A stretch of 27,130 bases of DNA from IMG/VR virus record IMGVR_UViG_3300028024_000007, positions 65,650-92,779 of that record; one strand, written 5' to 3'. Positions 1 through 8,558 of the stretch are shown one piece after another. Source of the DNA: a virus. Numbering within the stretch: position 1 is the stretch's first letter; each line of letters begins with the position of its first letter. A program made the position numbers and the translations under genes. The notes under the pieces were generated by a model. It made no database searches. It was not told the origin of the DNA and saw nothing but the letters and a program-made list of their open reading frames with translations.

Positions 1-917
1 TTGTACGATCCGGGGTGCTCACGGGAGCCACAGATGCTCCGTGGACCGTGTCGGACGCGACCCTGCCAGCGTCATGGTCAGCGTCGGGGTGCCTGTCGAC
101 ATCGAACGGGTCTCGCGTGATCAGGAAGACTGACCGCACCAAGCACGCGATGATGGCCTATGAGAATAGTGCGCGAACGGCGCAGACGTCGCCGACCACC
201 GGGTACTCGGCGGACTATTCCGTATCGGGACCTGCATCTGCATCCTTCGCGATCGGAGATGCTTATGAAGTCCTGGCGTTGCCGAAGTTCCCCAAGGTGT
301 CGCTCCCCGAGTACTCCGGCAGCTTCAACGGGACTGACTTCATCTACCTCGACATGAGTCTTATTATCGGAGGTTTCTCCCAGGTACGACTCTCGGGGTT
401 CAGTGGGCCCGCGTCGATCGGCAACGTGGTCCGCACTGGCGGGATCATCTGCCAAGGTGTCATCTTCACGGCTGGCGGTTCGATCCAGGGAGTCCAGATA
501 CAAAATTCGTTCGACCGAAGCCTGATCATGGGCGGATCGTTCCAGGGCGTCACGTGGTCAGGCGACCTGCACGGATACGTAAACGTGATCGCGAAGACTG
601 GTCAGCTCTGGGTGTCCCACTCGTCGTACCCGAGGTTAGGGACGCTCTACGTCTACGATGACACGACGACCGCGATCCTCGTGGACAACAACAGCTTCGC
701 CAGCATCGACGCTATCCACGGGTCTGGTAACACAGGCCTCATCGTCAACGTCGCCTATTCGGGGTGCTCGGTGAACTCCGTTGCCACCACGCCCCTGACC
801 GCTTTCGACGCCACGACCAGCGCCGCCCACCCGATCAGCGTGGTCGGGGCGCAGTACGATTACTCCGGCATCCCGATCACGGTGCCGGCCCACAACGCAT
901 CGTTCACCACGAACTGA
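1..917 (+). CDS. Probable virion/tail-associated protein, C-terminal part (5'-truncated)
   Basis: Frame is open from the window edge through the GTG at 15. The product is Ser/Thr/Gly/Val-rich and beta-strand-like; no diagnostic motif. Confidence 0.5.
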   Translation, partial: VRSGVLTGATDAPWTVSDATLPASWSASGCLSTSNGSRVIRKTDRTKHAMMAYENSARTAQTSPTTGYSADYSVSGPASASFAIGDAYEVLALPKFPKVSLPEYSGSFNGTDFIYLDMSLIIGGFSQVRLSGFSGPASIGNVVRTGGIICQGVIFTAGGSIQGVQIQNSFDRSLIMGGSFQGVTWSGDLHGYVNVIAKTGQLWVSHSSYPRLGTLYVYDDTTTAILVDNNSFASIDAIHGSGNTGLIVNVAYSGCSVNSVATTPLTAFDATTSAAHPISVVGAQYDYSGIPITVPAHNASFTTN

Positions 918-944
918 AAATTTGAAAGCCAGGAGCAACAGCCC

Positions 945-1538
945 ATGATCACGAACGCGAACAGTTCCTTCCCCCCTCGGGTTGCGAGAGGGCAGTACCA
1001 CGCTGGGGCATCGTCCGGCGAGATAGCGGCCGGGACGACCCTGGAGCTGTTCCAGTTCCGGTGGACGGACCCCACGCACCTCGCTGTCATCAGGAGATTG
1101 ATCCTGTCGATCGCCAAGGGCGTGACGGCGTTCACGGCGTCCCCGAGTGTGTGGCAGCTCTCCAAGGCGACCGCCTGGACCGCGCAGGGGACGGGCGGCA
1201 CCGTCGTGGACGTCGCGACGACCTCGTGCGGGCTCCAGCGCAACACCATGCCGACGTCGCTGCTCGCCTCCGGTGACTGCAGGATCGCGACGACTGCGGC
1301 CCTCGGCGGCGGCACGAAGACTTTCGCCATCCGCGGACCGCGCGCGTTAGTCCTGGACCCCACCGCCTCTCCGATCTTGCTCCCCACTGACATACTGCGC
1401 TGGGAGCCGTCGAACGGTGACTACCCTCTGACGCTCGCCGCGAACGAGGGGATCGTGCTGCGCAACGTCGTCAACCCCGGGACCGGCACCATGCAGATCG
1501 GGGTCTCGATCGACTGGATGGAGGTAGATCCCTCCTGA
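945..1538 (+). CDS. Hypothetical protein, possibly virion-associated
   Basis: RBS GCCAGGAG upstream of the ATG; high GC3; 197 aa beta-rich protein. Confidence 0.6.
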   Translation: MITNANSSFPPRVARGQYHAGASSGEIAAGTTLELFQFRWTDPTHLAVIRRLILSIAKGVTAFTASPSVWQLSKATAWTAQGTGGTVVDVATTSCGLQRNTMPTSLLASGDCRIATTAALGGGTKTFAIRGPRALVLDPTASPILLPTDILRWEPSNGDYPLTLAANEGIVLRNVVNPGTGTMQIGVSIDWMEVDPS

Positions 1539-1577
1539 CCTGCCTGCGCTGGGGCCTCTCGGCCAACATAGAGACCC

Positions 1578-2129
1578 ATGGAGACAAACCAACCTGAGGG
1601 TAAGTCGTTCGGTGGCATCGACCCGGGGAAGGACGGCGGCCTCGCCGTCATCCGCCCGGACGGGTCGGTCGAGTTCTACGGGGTCCCGCTGGCCACGGTG
1701 GAGCTGTCCACAAAGACCAAGCTCGGGAACAAGAAGACCCGGCGCGTCTACCTCCCCGCGGAGATGCTGCGCCTGGTGCGCGACGCGAGGCTTGACCACG
1801 TGACGATCGAGAAGGTCCAGCCGATGCCCCCGATCCGCGGCTCGTTCCGCCAGACCGGAACCGTCTCCGCGTTCTCGACCGGCGAGGGCTGGGGGATGTG
1901 GCAGATGCTGCTCGCCGCACTCGAGGTCTCGCACCAGGTCGTCCACGCGTCACATTGGAAAGCGGAGCTCATGCGTGGCCTCCCGAAGACGAAGGAGGCG
2001 GTCATCCCGTTCGCGCAGCAGCTCTACCCGCGCGCGGCCGGCGACCTGCGCGGACCGAAGGGCGCGCTGCTCATCGACCGCGCGGACGCGCTCCTGCTCG
2101 CGCACTTCGGGAAGCTCGGCCTGCGATGA
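1578..2129 (+). CDS. ruvC: RuvC-like Holliday junction resolvase
   Basis: GIDPGKDGG, VTIEKV, HWK and DRADALLLA match the RNase H-fold catalytic D/E/D/D pattern of phage RuvC-like resolvases. Confidence 0.85.
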   Translation: METNQPEGKSFGGIDPGKDGGLAVIRPDGSVEFYGVPLATVELSTKTKLGNKKTRRVYLPAEMLRLVRDARLDHVTIEKVQPMPPIRGSFRQTGTVSAFSTGEGWGMWQMLLAALEVSHQVVHASHWKAELMRGLPKTKEAVIPFAQQLYPRAAGDLRGPKGALLIDRADALLLAHFGKLGLR

Positions 2130-2677
2130 GGGCGGTCGGTGCCGTCGTCGCGTTCGTCGCCGACACCGACCGTCACGTGCAGCGAGCGTTCGACTGGTGC
2201 GTGCACGCGATCATGCGCGCGACCGGAGCGGAGAAGGTGAACGTCCGCTTCGCGGTGAACTTCGCGTCGTTCATGTCGATCCTGATGAAGGTCGTCGCGG
2301 AGGCGAGGTGGTACGCCGACAACGCGGTCGTCGCGGTCCTAATGTTCACCTGGGCCGCCTGCCTGTTCCTCCTCATGGGCATCGAGGAGCGACACGACCT
2401 CGACGCGGCCGCGCGCGGGATGATCTCCCGGGCCGACTCGGGGAGCGCGTTCGGTGACAAGGCGTGGGGGATCGTGGCGTCGATCTCCTGCGTGACGGGG
2501 AGCCCGTCGGCCAGCGTCGTCGCCGCGTGCGGACTCCCCGCGGCGAGGTTCAGCCAGCACCTGTCGCTCGCCTTCTGGCTCCTGCTCGTCGCCCACGGGT
2601 ACCTCAAGCGGACCCCTCCGAAGCCCCCCGCCCGCCGGCGCCGCGTCCCTGCCCGGATCGCCCCGCAGGGCGCCTGA
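2126..2677 (+). CDS. Putative membrane protein
   Basis: ATGA overlap with the ruvC stop; several hydrophobic segments (AVVAVLMFTWAACLFLLMGI, LSLAFWLLLVAHG) and a basic C-terminal tail. Confidence 0.65.
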   Translation: MRAVGAVVAFVADTDRHVQRAFDWCVHAIMRATGAEKVNVRFAVNFASFMSILMKVVAEARWYADNAVVAVLMFTWAACLFLLMGIEERHDLDAAARGMISRADSGSAFGDKAWGIVASISCVTGSPSASVVAACGLPAARFSQHLSLAFWLLLVAHGYLKRTPPKPPARRRRVPARIAPQGA

Positions 2678-2727
2678 CCACGGACTCAGATCGGCTGCCA
2701 CCGGCGGGCGGACGATTTCGGTTTGCG

Positions 2728-2747
2728 TTCTGGTTTTAATTACGGTA
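2728..2747 (+). promoter_or_regulatory. Conserved AT-rich promoter/operator box, copy 1 (TTCTGGTTTTAATTACGGTA)
   Basis: Near-identical to 4301-4320 and 6332-6351; each is intergenic and 54-70 nt upstream of a start codon. Confidence 0.7.
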
Positions 2748-2816
2748 CTGTTCTTCTTGTCGGTTGGATCGGTCCCCGCCCGGGACGGCCAGCCGGAAAC
2801 CCAGGAGGAACTACCG

Positions 2817-3059
2817 ATGAACCTTGAACAGAACGCCGCCGCCCGCCAGCACCGCCTCTCGGACGAGATCTCCATCCAGGTCATCCTGGAGCGCCAGGGG
2901 CTCTCCACCCTGCTGGACCTAGTCTCCGCCGCCTGCGAGGCGAAGGCCGTTCGCGCCGCCAAGCACGCGACGGCGGAGATCGAGGACCGTTGGGTGGCCG
3001 CCCAGCGCGCGGTCGACGCCTGCTCCGCCACCCTCGCCGTCGCCCTGGTGTCACCGTGA
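2817..3059 (+). CDS. Small hypothetical protein
   Basis: Strong RBS AACCCAGGAGG; high GC3. Confidence 0.75.
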   Translation: MNLEQNAAARQHRLSDEISIQVILERQGLSTLLDLVSAACEAKAVRAAKHATAEIEDRWVAAQRAVDACSATLAVALVSP

Positions 3060-3304
3060 TCACCGCGGCCACGGTGACCAACGGGCAGGCAAGGGCCCTA
3101 GCTGACGAAGCGGTTGAAGCCGGGGATTACATGATGGCGTTCGTCTGCGACCGTGCCCGCGCATACCAACTCGATACGCGCGCCACCAAGTTCCTTTCAC
3201 TCGAGGAGATCGAGCGCCTCCGGTCCATGACCCCGAAGCAAGCTCGGCAGATGGTCGCGGCTGCCATCAACTACGCCAGGGCGAGGGCCGAGGTGTCACG
3301 GTGA
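3056..3304 (+). CDS. Small hypothetical protein
   Basis: GTGA overlap with the previous gene. Confidence 0.6.
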   Translation: MITAATVTNGQARALADEAVEAGDYMMAFVCDRARAYQLDTRATKFLSLEEIERLRSMTPKQARQMVAAAINYARARAEVSR

Positions 3305-3540
3305 TGTCCCCCCTGGCGCGCGCCGTCGCCGGCCAGCTCAGGGGTCACTCCCGCGAGGTCCGGCTGGCGGTGCTCCGGTCTCTCCCGGTCGACACCTACG
3401 ACGCCCTGGCGGTTGAGGCCGTGGCCCACCTGCAGCGCGCCCGCGTGGTGGTCCCGCCCTCCAACCCGACGGCCCGCGCGCTCCTGGCGGGCGTGGGGCT
3501 GGACGAGATGCTCTACGGCGCGGTCGGGGGGGCGACGTGA
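3301..3540 (+). CDS. Small hypothetical protein
   Basis: GTGA overlap; GAGGTG RBS upstream. Confidence 0.6.
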   Translation: MMSPLARAVAGQLRGHSREVRLAVLRSLPVDTYDALAVEAVAHLQRARVVVPPSNPTARALLAGVGLDEMLYGAVGGAT

Positions 3541-3743
3541 TCACCGTGGAGGCGCTCCTGACGCAGAAGGAGCAGGCGGAGGCGTACCTGGCCAGGTTCT
3601 GGCCCGTCCTCCGCCCCACCGAGACTGACGTCATCGCTCTCGAGGCGCTCCTCCGGATGACCCTGGAACACGGGATCGCGATGGGGGAGTGGGGCTCGGA
3701 GGAACCGACCATCCGCGTCCATGCGGCGAAGGAGGGGGCGTGA
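3537..3743 (+). CDS. Small hypothetical protein
   Basis: GTGA overlap; high GC3. Confidence 0.65.
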   Translation: MITVEALLTQKEQAEAYLARFWPVLRPTETDVIALEALLRMTLEHGIAMGEWGSEEPTIRVHAAKEGA

Positions 3744-4270
3744 TGTCCGGCCACCAGATGACCTGCACGGATCGGGGCCCGTGCGCGTTCCACGCCGACG
3801 GTGCTCCTCCCGAGGAGAAGTGCCCCGGGTACTGCTGCGTAACGGACTGCCAGGAGCTCGTCGCCTGCGAGGACGCCGAGGACGGCATGTGCCACGCCCA
3901 CGCCGCCGTCTGGCACGCCCAAGAGGCTGGGATCGGGGAATCCGTCCCGTCCTACGTCGACCCCGCCTCCCCCGGGCAGGCCGTCGAGAAGGTCTCCTCC
4001 CTGGACCGCGCGGCCATCGAGGAGGCGGCCGCGCGCCGGCTCGAAGCGTTCGTCCGCGAGGTCTATGCCATGTTCGGGTGGCAGGGCGGGACGGTCCACC
4101 AGCTCGCCGCGGAGGTGAAGCGCCTCCGGCGGGCCGATGCCGCCGCCTCTGAGGTCGCGCAACTCATGTGGCACGCCGAGGGGCGCCCGTGGGGAAGCGT
4201 GCAGGCACGGAGTGCCATCGTCCGCGCCGCGGAGGTCCTCCGCGAGTTCCGCCCGCGCGACAACGGCTGA
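3743..4270 (+). CDS. Hypothetical protein with Cys/His-rich N-terminus
   Basis: TGATG coupling; AAGGAGG RBS; Cys/His cluster (CTDRGPCAFH, CPGYCCVTDC, CHAH). Confidence 0.7.
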   Translation: MSGHQMTCTDRGPCAFHADGAPPEEKCPGYCCVTDCQELVACEDAEDGMCHAHAAVWHAQEAGIGESVPSYVDPASPGQAVEKVSSLDRAAIEEAAARRLEAFVREVYAMFGWQGGTVHQLAAEVKRLRRADAAASEVAQLMWHAEGRPWGSVQARSAIVRAAEVLREFRPRDNG

Positions 4271-4300
4271 GTTTTCAACCGGCTGAAGATTCTTTTTTCC

Positions 4301-4320
4301 TTCTAGTTTTAATTACTGTA
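4301..4320 (+). promoter_or_regulatory. Conserved AT-rich promoter/operator box, copy 2 (TTCTAGTTTTAATTACTGTA)
   Basis: 18/20 identical to copy 1 and followed by the same TTGTCGGTTGGA. Confidence 0.7.
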
Positions 4321-4385
4321 GTGTGAGGTTGTCGGTTGGAACCAAGCCCGGGACCAGCGACAAAACCCGAACCCAGGAGATACCC

Positions 4386-5484
4386 ATGAACCTTCGAGCC
4401 ACGACCCAGGTCACCCGCGAGATCGCCATCAACCGCCTCGACCGCTACATCCAGGAGGGGCAGCAGCGCGCCCTGGCCGTCCAGGAGAAGGTCGTCCGCG
4501 ACGTCCCCACCGACTACATCGCCCCGGCCGGCACGATCCGGTTCGCCAACACGAACCGGGATTCCGGCCTGGAGATGGTCCTCGACCGGAAGGACGGCCG
4601 GACGGTCGCCAACCCGCTCCACCGCCACGGGCTGGGCCAGGCCGCCGAGCTGGCGAAGATGCCGATGGCCTACGTGGACCACCTGCTGGGCCAGGGCGGA
4701 TGGGGCCAGGAGCTCCTGGCGCGCAACCTGACGGATGGCGTCCAGTACGGCCACCAGGGGTCGCGCTACCTGGTCCGCTCCTGCGGTGGCCAGGTCCGCG
4801 CCGTCCTCTCCTCCAAGTTCCGCCGGCTGGACTCGCGCCCCATCCTGGACATGCTCATCGGCGAGTCGCAGCGGGTCGGCGCGATCCCGGTGGACGCGAT
4901 CGCCTCCGACATCCGGACAGAGGTGAAGTTCATCATCCCGAAGGTCCTCGAGCCCGCCCCCGGCGAGTTCATGGTGTTCGGGTTCGCCTGGGGGACCTCG
5001 GACTACGGTGCCGGCGCGAACTGGGTCCGCTCGTTCGCCTTCCGCCTGGCGTGCTTCAACGGCGCCACTATGGAGCAGGCGCTCCGCCAGGTGCACGTCG
5101 GGCGCGCCCTGACGGACGACGTCGAGTGGTCGCAGCGCACGCTGGAGCTGGACACGAAGACCGCCATCTCCGGGACGCGCGACGTCGCCCGGGCCCTCCT
5201 GTCCGAGGCGAAGATCTCCCAGACCGCCTCGCTCATCACGAAGGCGAACGCCGAGGGGATCGACGCGAAGGTGACGCTCGCCGGAATGCGGAAGAAGATC
5301 GGGGCCGGCACGGAGAAGGCGATCGCCGAGGCCTTCAACTCGGCCGACGTCGTCGAGCTGCCCCCCCGGTAACACCCTGTGGCGCTTCTCGAACGCCATC
5401 TCCCTGGTGGCGCGCGACACGAAGGATCCCGACCAGAAGCTCGAGCTCGAGCGCCTGGCCGGCGACGTCCTCCGGGCGGCGTAG
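4386..5484 (+). CDS. DUF932-like phage protein, frameshifted at a C7 run (5361-5367)
   Basis: RAVLSSKFRRLD and FRLACFNG...HVG motifs of DUF932-type proteins. The ORF stops at 5372, but the +1 frame continues GNTLWRFSNAISLVARD...LERLAGDVLRAA to TAG at 5484. Confidence 0.7.
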
Positions 5485-5568
5485 CTCCTAGCGCTGCCTG
5501 CGGCCCCGGGTGCGACCGGGGCGGCGGGGAGCGGTGGATGCCCCGCCGTCCGAACCCAGGAGATACCC

Positions 5569-6126
5569 ATGGCCAAGCCCAACCCGTCCGCGAAGCACGC
5601 CCCCGAGTCCAAGACCGCCTCCCCCGCCGCCGCCAAGGAGGCGGCCTCCCCCGCCGCCGCCAAGGCGGGGAAGAAGCCGCGCTCCGGCAAGCCGTCCACG
5701 TGGCGCAAGCTCGACAGCCAGCTGGCGCGCCTCGAGAAGCTCCGCGTACGCATCAAGGCCGTGGCCGTGGCTGTCGAATCTAGCCCGACGCCGGCAGCCC
5801 CCGTGGGCGGGAAGCTGGCGACCGCCATGGCGAGCCTGGTCTCCGGCATCCTGGAAGCGCACAACGCGCTCCAGTGGCTGGACGCCGAGGAGGTCCCCGC
5901 CATCAAGCCTCCGGCTGCCCCGAAGTTCTCGGTCGGCGACGCCGTCCGCGTGACCAAGAAGGCGCTCTCGAGGTACACCCGCTCCGGCCTGTACTCCGCC
6001 GAGTTCCTGGCGGACATGGTCGTCGACAAGGTCTCCGCCAGCGGCAAGGAGTTCCTCTGCCGCGACCCGGAGGGAGCCGAGAGCGTCCACGTCCGCTACG
6101 GCAAGCACCTCGAGCGGGTCGGCTGA
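5569..6126 (+). CDS. Hypothetical protein: Ala/Lys/Pro-rich N-terminus, KOW/SH3-like C-terminus
   Basis: RBS AACCCAGGAG; KFSVGDAVRVT motif. Confidence 0.75.
   Translation: MAKPNPSAKHAPESKTASPAAAKEAASPAAAKAGKKPRSGKPSTWRKLDSQLARLEKLRVRIKAVAVAVESSPTPAAPVGGKLATAMASLVSGILEAHNALQWLDAEEVPAIKPPAAPKFSVGDAVRVTKKALSRYTRSGLYSAEFLADMVVDKVSASGKEFLCRDPEGAESVHVRYGKHLERVG
5617..5665 (+). repeat. 22-bp direct repeat with a 27-bp period (ASPAAAK x2)
   Basis: GCCTCCCCCGCCGCCGCCAAGG at 5617-5638 and 5644-5665. Confidence 0.85.
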
Positions 6127-6132
6127 GAGACC

Positions 6133-6164
6133 CTCCCCGGGCCAGTTTGACCCGGCCCGGGGAG
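6133..6164 (+). other. Perfect 11-bp stem-loop (terminator or processing-site candidate)
   Basis: CTCCCCGGGCC-N10-GGCCCGGGGAG just after a stop codon; no U-tract. Confidence 0.55.
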
Positions 6165-6204
6165 ACCCTCGCCCGTACCAACAGAGTCCCAGGAGGGATC
6201 CCCG

Positions 6205-6318
6205 ATGTCCAAACGAATGACAGGTTGGGTCGAGGTCGTCAAGGTCTCGTGCGTCGTCGCGCTGGGGGCCGCCTCCCTCGCCGCGATGGTCGCCCTGGCG
6301 GTCGCCGGCACCAGGTAA
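6205..6318 (+). CDS. 37-aa single-TM peptide (not in the ORF track)
   Basis: RBS CCCAGGAGG; MSKRMTGWVEVVKVSCVVALGAASLAAMVALAVAGTR. Confidence 0.6.
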   Translation: MSKRMTGWVEVVKVSCVVALGAASLAAMVALAVAGTR

Positions 6319-6331
6319 CGTTTGTTTCGCG

Positions 6332-6351
6332 TGCTAGATTTAGTTACGGTA
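6332..6351 (+). promoter_or_regulatory. Conserved AT-rich promoter/operator box, copy 3 (TGCTAGATTTAGTTACGGTA)
   Basis: Matches consensus TKCTRGWTTTARTTACKGTA; lies upstream of the sigma-like gene. Confidence 0.65.
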
Positions 6352-6404
6352 ACTCTCACTCGGCGGGCCAAGCCCGGCCAGCCGGTGAACCCAGGAGGAT
6401 CGTC

Positions 6405-7049
6405 ATGCAGACCGCAACCCGTCCCGTGAATCACGCCCCCATCGGCCGCGCCGCGCTCGCCATCGAGCGGCACCTCGGCCGGCACTTCCCGTCCCTCGCC
6501 GCCGACATCGCCCAGGAGGCCTGGGTGGTCGGCCTGGAGATGGCCCCCCGGTACGACCCCGCGTTCGGCCCGCCCGAGCCGTACTTCTACCGGGGCATGC
6601 TCCTGCACACGGCGGCCATCGTCCACAAGTGGATCTCCGCCACGTCCATCTCCCGCGCCATCGCCAAGGCGGGCGGGGCCGGGTCGCTCCAGCGGCGCGT
6701 CGAGGTGAGCGACGCGAACCTGGTCTCCAACTTCCCGGACGCCGTGGCGCTCCTGGAGGCGGCGGAGGACGCGGCGGAGCTGGCGCGCCGCCTGTCCTCC
6801 CTCCGCGTCACCTGGCGGCGCGAGGTCGAGCGCGCCACCCGCGGCCTGCCGCGCCACGTGCGCGCCGCCGGCGACCTGGCCATCGGGGTCGACGGTCCGC
6901 CTCTCCGTCCCAAGAAGGTCGCCCTGCAGCTCGGGGTGTGGCGCGAGGACGCCGAGCGCGCCGTGTCCAAGTACAACAAGCGGATCTCCGGGACGCCCGC
7001 CGCGCGGATGTCGCGCGAGGTCCGCGCGCTCGAGGCGGCCCTGTCATGA
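6405..7049 (+). CDS. Phage sigma70-family-like transcription factor
   Basis: Region-2-like DIAQEAWVVGLEMAPRYDPAFG; region-4-like HTH LRPKKVALQLGVWREDAERAVSK; RBS AACCCAGGAGG. Confidence 0.7.
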   Translation: MQTATRPVNHAPIGRAALAIERHLGRHFPSLAADIAQEAWVVGLEMAPRYDPAFGPPEPYFYRGMLLHTAAIVHKWISATSISRAIAKAGGAGSLQRRVEVSDANLVSNFPDAVALLEAAEDAAELARRLSSLRVTWRREVERATRGLPRHVRAAGDLAIGVDGPPLRPKKVALQLGVWREDAERAVSKYNKRISGTPAARMSREVRALEAALS

Positions 7050-7330
7050 GCTGGCAGTGCCAGAGGTGCGGGGCGACGTGGGCCGACCGCCCGGTCGGTG
7101 ACTGCTTCCAGTGCGACCTACGCGCGCCATACTCGGCCGCCGTACCCGCCACCAGCGTCGCCAAGGTGCCGGCACTCGCCGGGTGCGGGACGCTCCTCGA
7201 GCTCGGGGACAACCTGGTCACGAGGTGTGGCGCGCGGCCGTCGTCCCGCGGCGGGAGCACCGTGACGCTCTGCCCGTCGTGCTTCTCGAAGCTTCCGCAG
7301 GGTGTGGTCGCCGCGAAGGTGACGTCATGA
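7046..7330 (+). CDS. Small Cys-rich (zinc-finger-like) protein
   Basis: ATGA overlap; CQRC, CFQC, CPSC motifs. Confidence 0.65.
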   Translation: MSWQCQRCGATWADRPVGDCFQCDLRAPYSAAVPATSVAKVPALAGCGTLLELGDNLVTRCGARPSSRGGSTVTLCPSCFSKLPQGVVAAKVTS

Positions 7331-7536
7331 GCGTCGAGGAGATCGTCATCCTAGAACCGGCCCCGTGGGATGACGAGCCGACTCGCCCCGGCGGGCTCAC
7401 CTGGATCGACCTGGTCATGACCGCCAGCGAGGCGACCAAGATGGAGGCCGTCCGCGTGATGACCGCGGAGGGGTTCAAGACGCTCGCCGAGGCGGTCGCC
7501 GCCGTCGTCCAGCGGCGCTCTGGGAGCGGGTCGTGA
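7327..7536 (+). CDS. Small hypothetical protein
   Basis: ATGA overlap; high GC3. Confidence 0.65.
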   Translation: MSVEEIVILEPAPWDDEPTRPGGLTWIDLVMTASEATKMEAVRVMTAEGFKTLAEAVAAVVQRRSGSGS

Positions 7537-7733
7537 GCGCCAACGACAAGCTCGTGTACCAGGTGACGGAGCGCCTTGCGATCCTGGACCGGGTCCGCCC
7601 GATCCTGGCGGAGGCGATCCGCGCGGCCCAGGGCGAGGAGGCCGTCAAGATCATGACCGTGCTCGGCGTGCGCCTGACGTCGGCGATCTTGCTGGACCCG
7701 CGGCCGCCCGAGAAGCGGGAAGGGAACACGTGA
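7533..7733 (+). CDS. Small hypothetical protein
   Basis: GTGA overlap. Confidence 0.65.
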   Translation: MSANDKLVYQVTERLAILDRVRPILAEAIRAAQGEEAVKIMTVLGVRLTSAILLDPRPPEKREGNT

Positions 7734-7975
7734 GGACCCCGTGGGACGCGTGCTTCGTCAGGTTCGAGATCGACATCGAACGCCCTGGAGGGCGGGGGCC
7801 AACCGAGCTCGAACTGGAGGCGCTCATGCTTCCCCTGCCGGAGGGTTGGACGATCGAAGATGCGGACGACAACAGCATCGTGTTCGAGGTCACCGGGCCG
7901 GTGACCCTGAAGGACGGACTGGCGGTCGAGAAGGACCTGATCCAGCTCGGCCTGAGACCGAAACCCCGTACGTGA
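7730..7975 (+). CDS. Small hypothetical protein
   Basis: GTGA overlap. Confidence 0.6.
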   Translation: MRTPWDACFVRFEIDIERPGGRGPTELELEALMLPLPEGWTIEDADDNSIVFEVTGPVTLKDGLAVEKDLIQLGLRPKPRT

Positions 7976-7989
7976 AAGGACCCCCACCC

Positions 7990-8334
7990 GTGAACTACAA
8001 AGACCCTCAGATCGCGGCCATGCACGCCGCCCGCGCCGGAGAGATGGCCGCCATCCCGGAGGAGGAAGGCGGACCCTACGTGTCCATCGACGAGGCGGCG
8101 GCGGCGGCCAAGGTGATCCGCTCGAACATCTACCACTGGGTGCGCGCCGGTGAGATCCGCCGGAAGAACTGGGGGCGCGGCCGCGGGTCGGTCTACGTGT
8201 CCCTCCTCGACCTCCAGAAGAAGGTCCCGGTCGCGTTCGGGCTGGCGGCCGCCCCCGCGGCGCCGGCCGAGGTGAAGCCGGCGCGCGGGAAGCGCCGGCT
8301 GGTCCGCGCGCCCAAGAAGCGACGGGCTGCCTGA
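7990..8334 (+). CDS. Excisionase/MerR-like HTH DNA-binding protein
   Basis: VSIDEAAAAAKVIRSNIYHWVRAGEI resembles HTH_17/Xis; AAAGGA RBS; basic tail. Confidence 0.7.
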   Translation: MNYKDPQIAAMHAARAGEMAAIPEEEGGPYVSIDEAAAAAKVIRSNIYHWVRAGEIRRKNWGRGRGSVYVSLLDLQKKVPVAFGLAAAPAAPAEVKPARGKRRLVRAPKKRRAA

Positions 8335-8558
8335 TGGCCGGCATGGCGAACCCGCGCGAGTACACCGAGCGGGAGGTCCAGCTCATCGAGCGCGCCGTCA
8401 CGCTCCTCCGCCGTGTGCGGGACGACCTGGTGGACGCCGGGGCCCTGCGCGCGGCGGAGGCGGCCAGGGAGTCGCTCCGGTCGGCGGAGGGGGCCCTCCG
8501 GCACATCCGCGGAGTGGTGGACCGGACGAGGGGGGGGCGCAGTGCGCCTGGCAGCTGA
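8334..8558 (+). CDS. Small hypothetical protein
   Basis: TGATG coupling; helical sequence. Confidence 0.6.
   Translation: MAGMANPREYTEREVQLIERAVTLLRRVRDDLVDAGALRAAEAARESLRSAEGALRHIRGVVDRTRGGRSAPGS

Noticed and set aside
4275-6047. 590-aa minus-strand ORF, and similar long minus ORFs (16227-18149, 21888-24050, 9613-10728)
   Set aside because: Antisense shadows of well-supported + strand genes in high-GC DNA; no motifs or RBS.
2728-6404. CRISPR array interpretation of the repeated boxes
   Set aside because: Copies are kilobases apart with genes between them; no regular spacers or cas genes.
7990-8334. Integration/excision module
   Set aside because: The HTH is Xis-like, but no integrase or att site is visible in the window, so lifestyle cannot be assigned.
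8530-8537. G8 run before the helicase start (also A8 at 9153-9160)
   Set aside because: G8 is explained as the RBS and A8 as Gly-Lys-Lys-Ile codons; both frames are intact.
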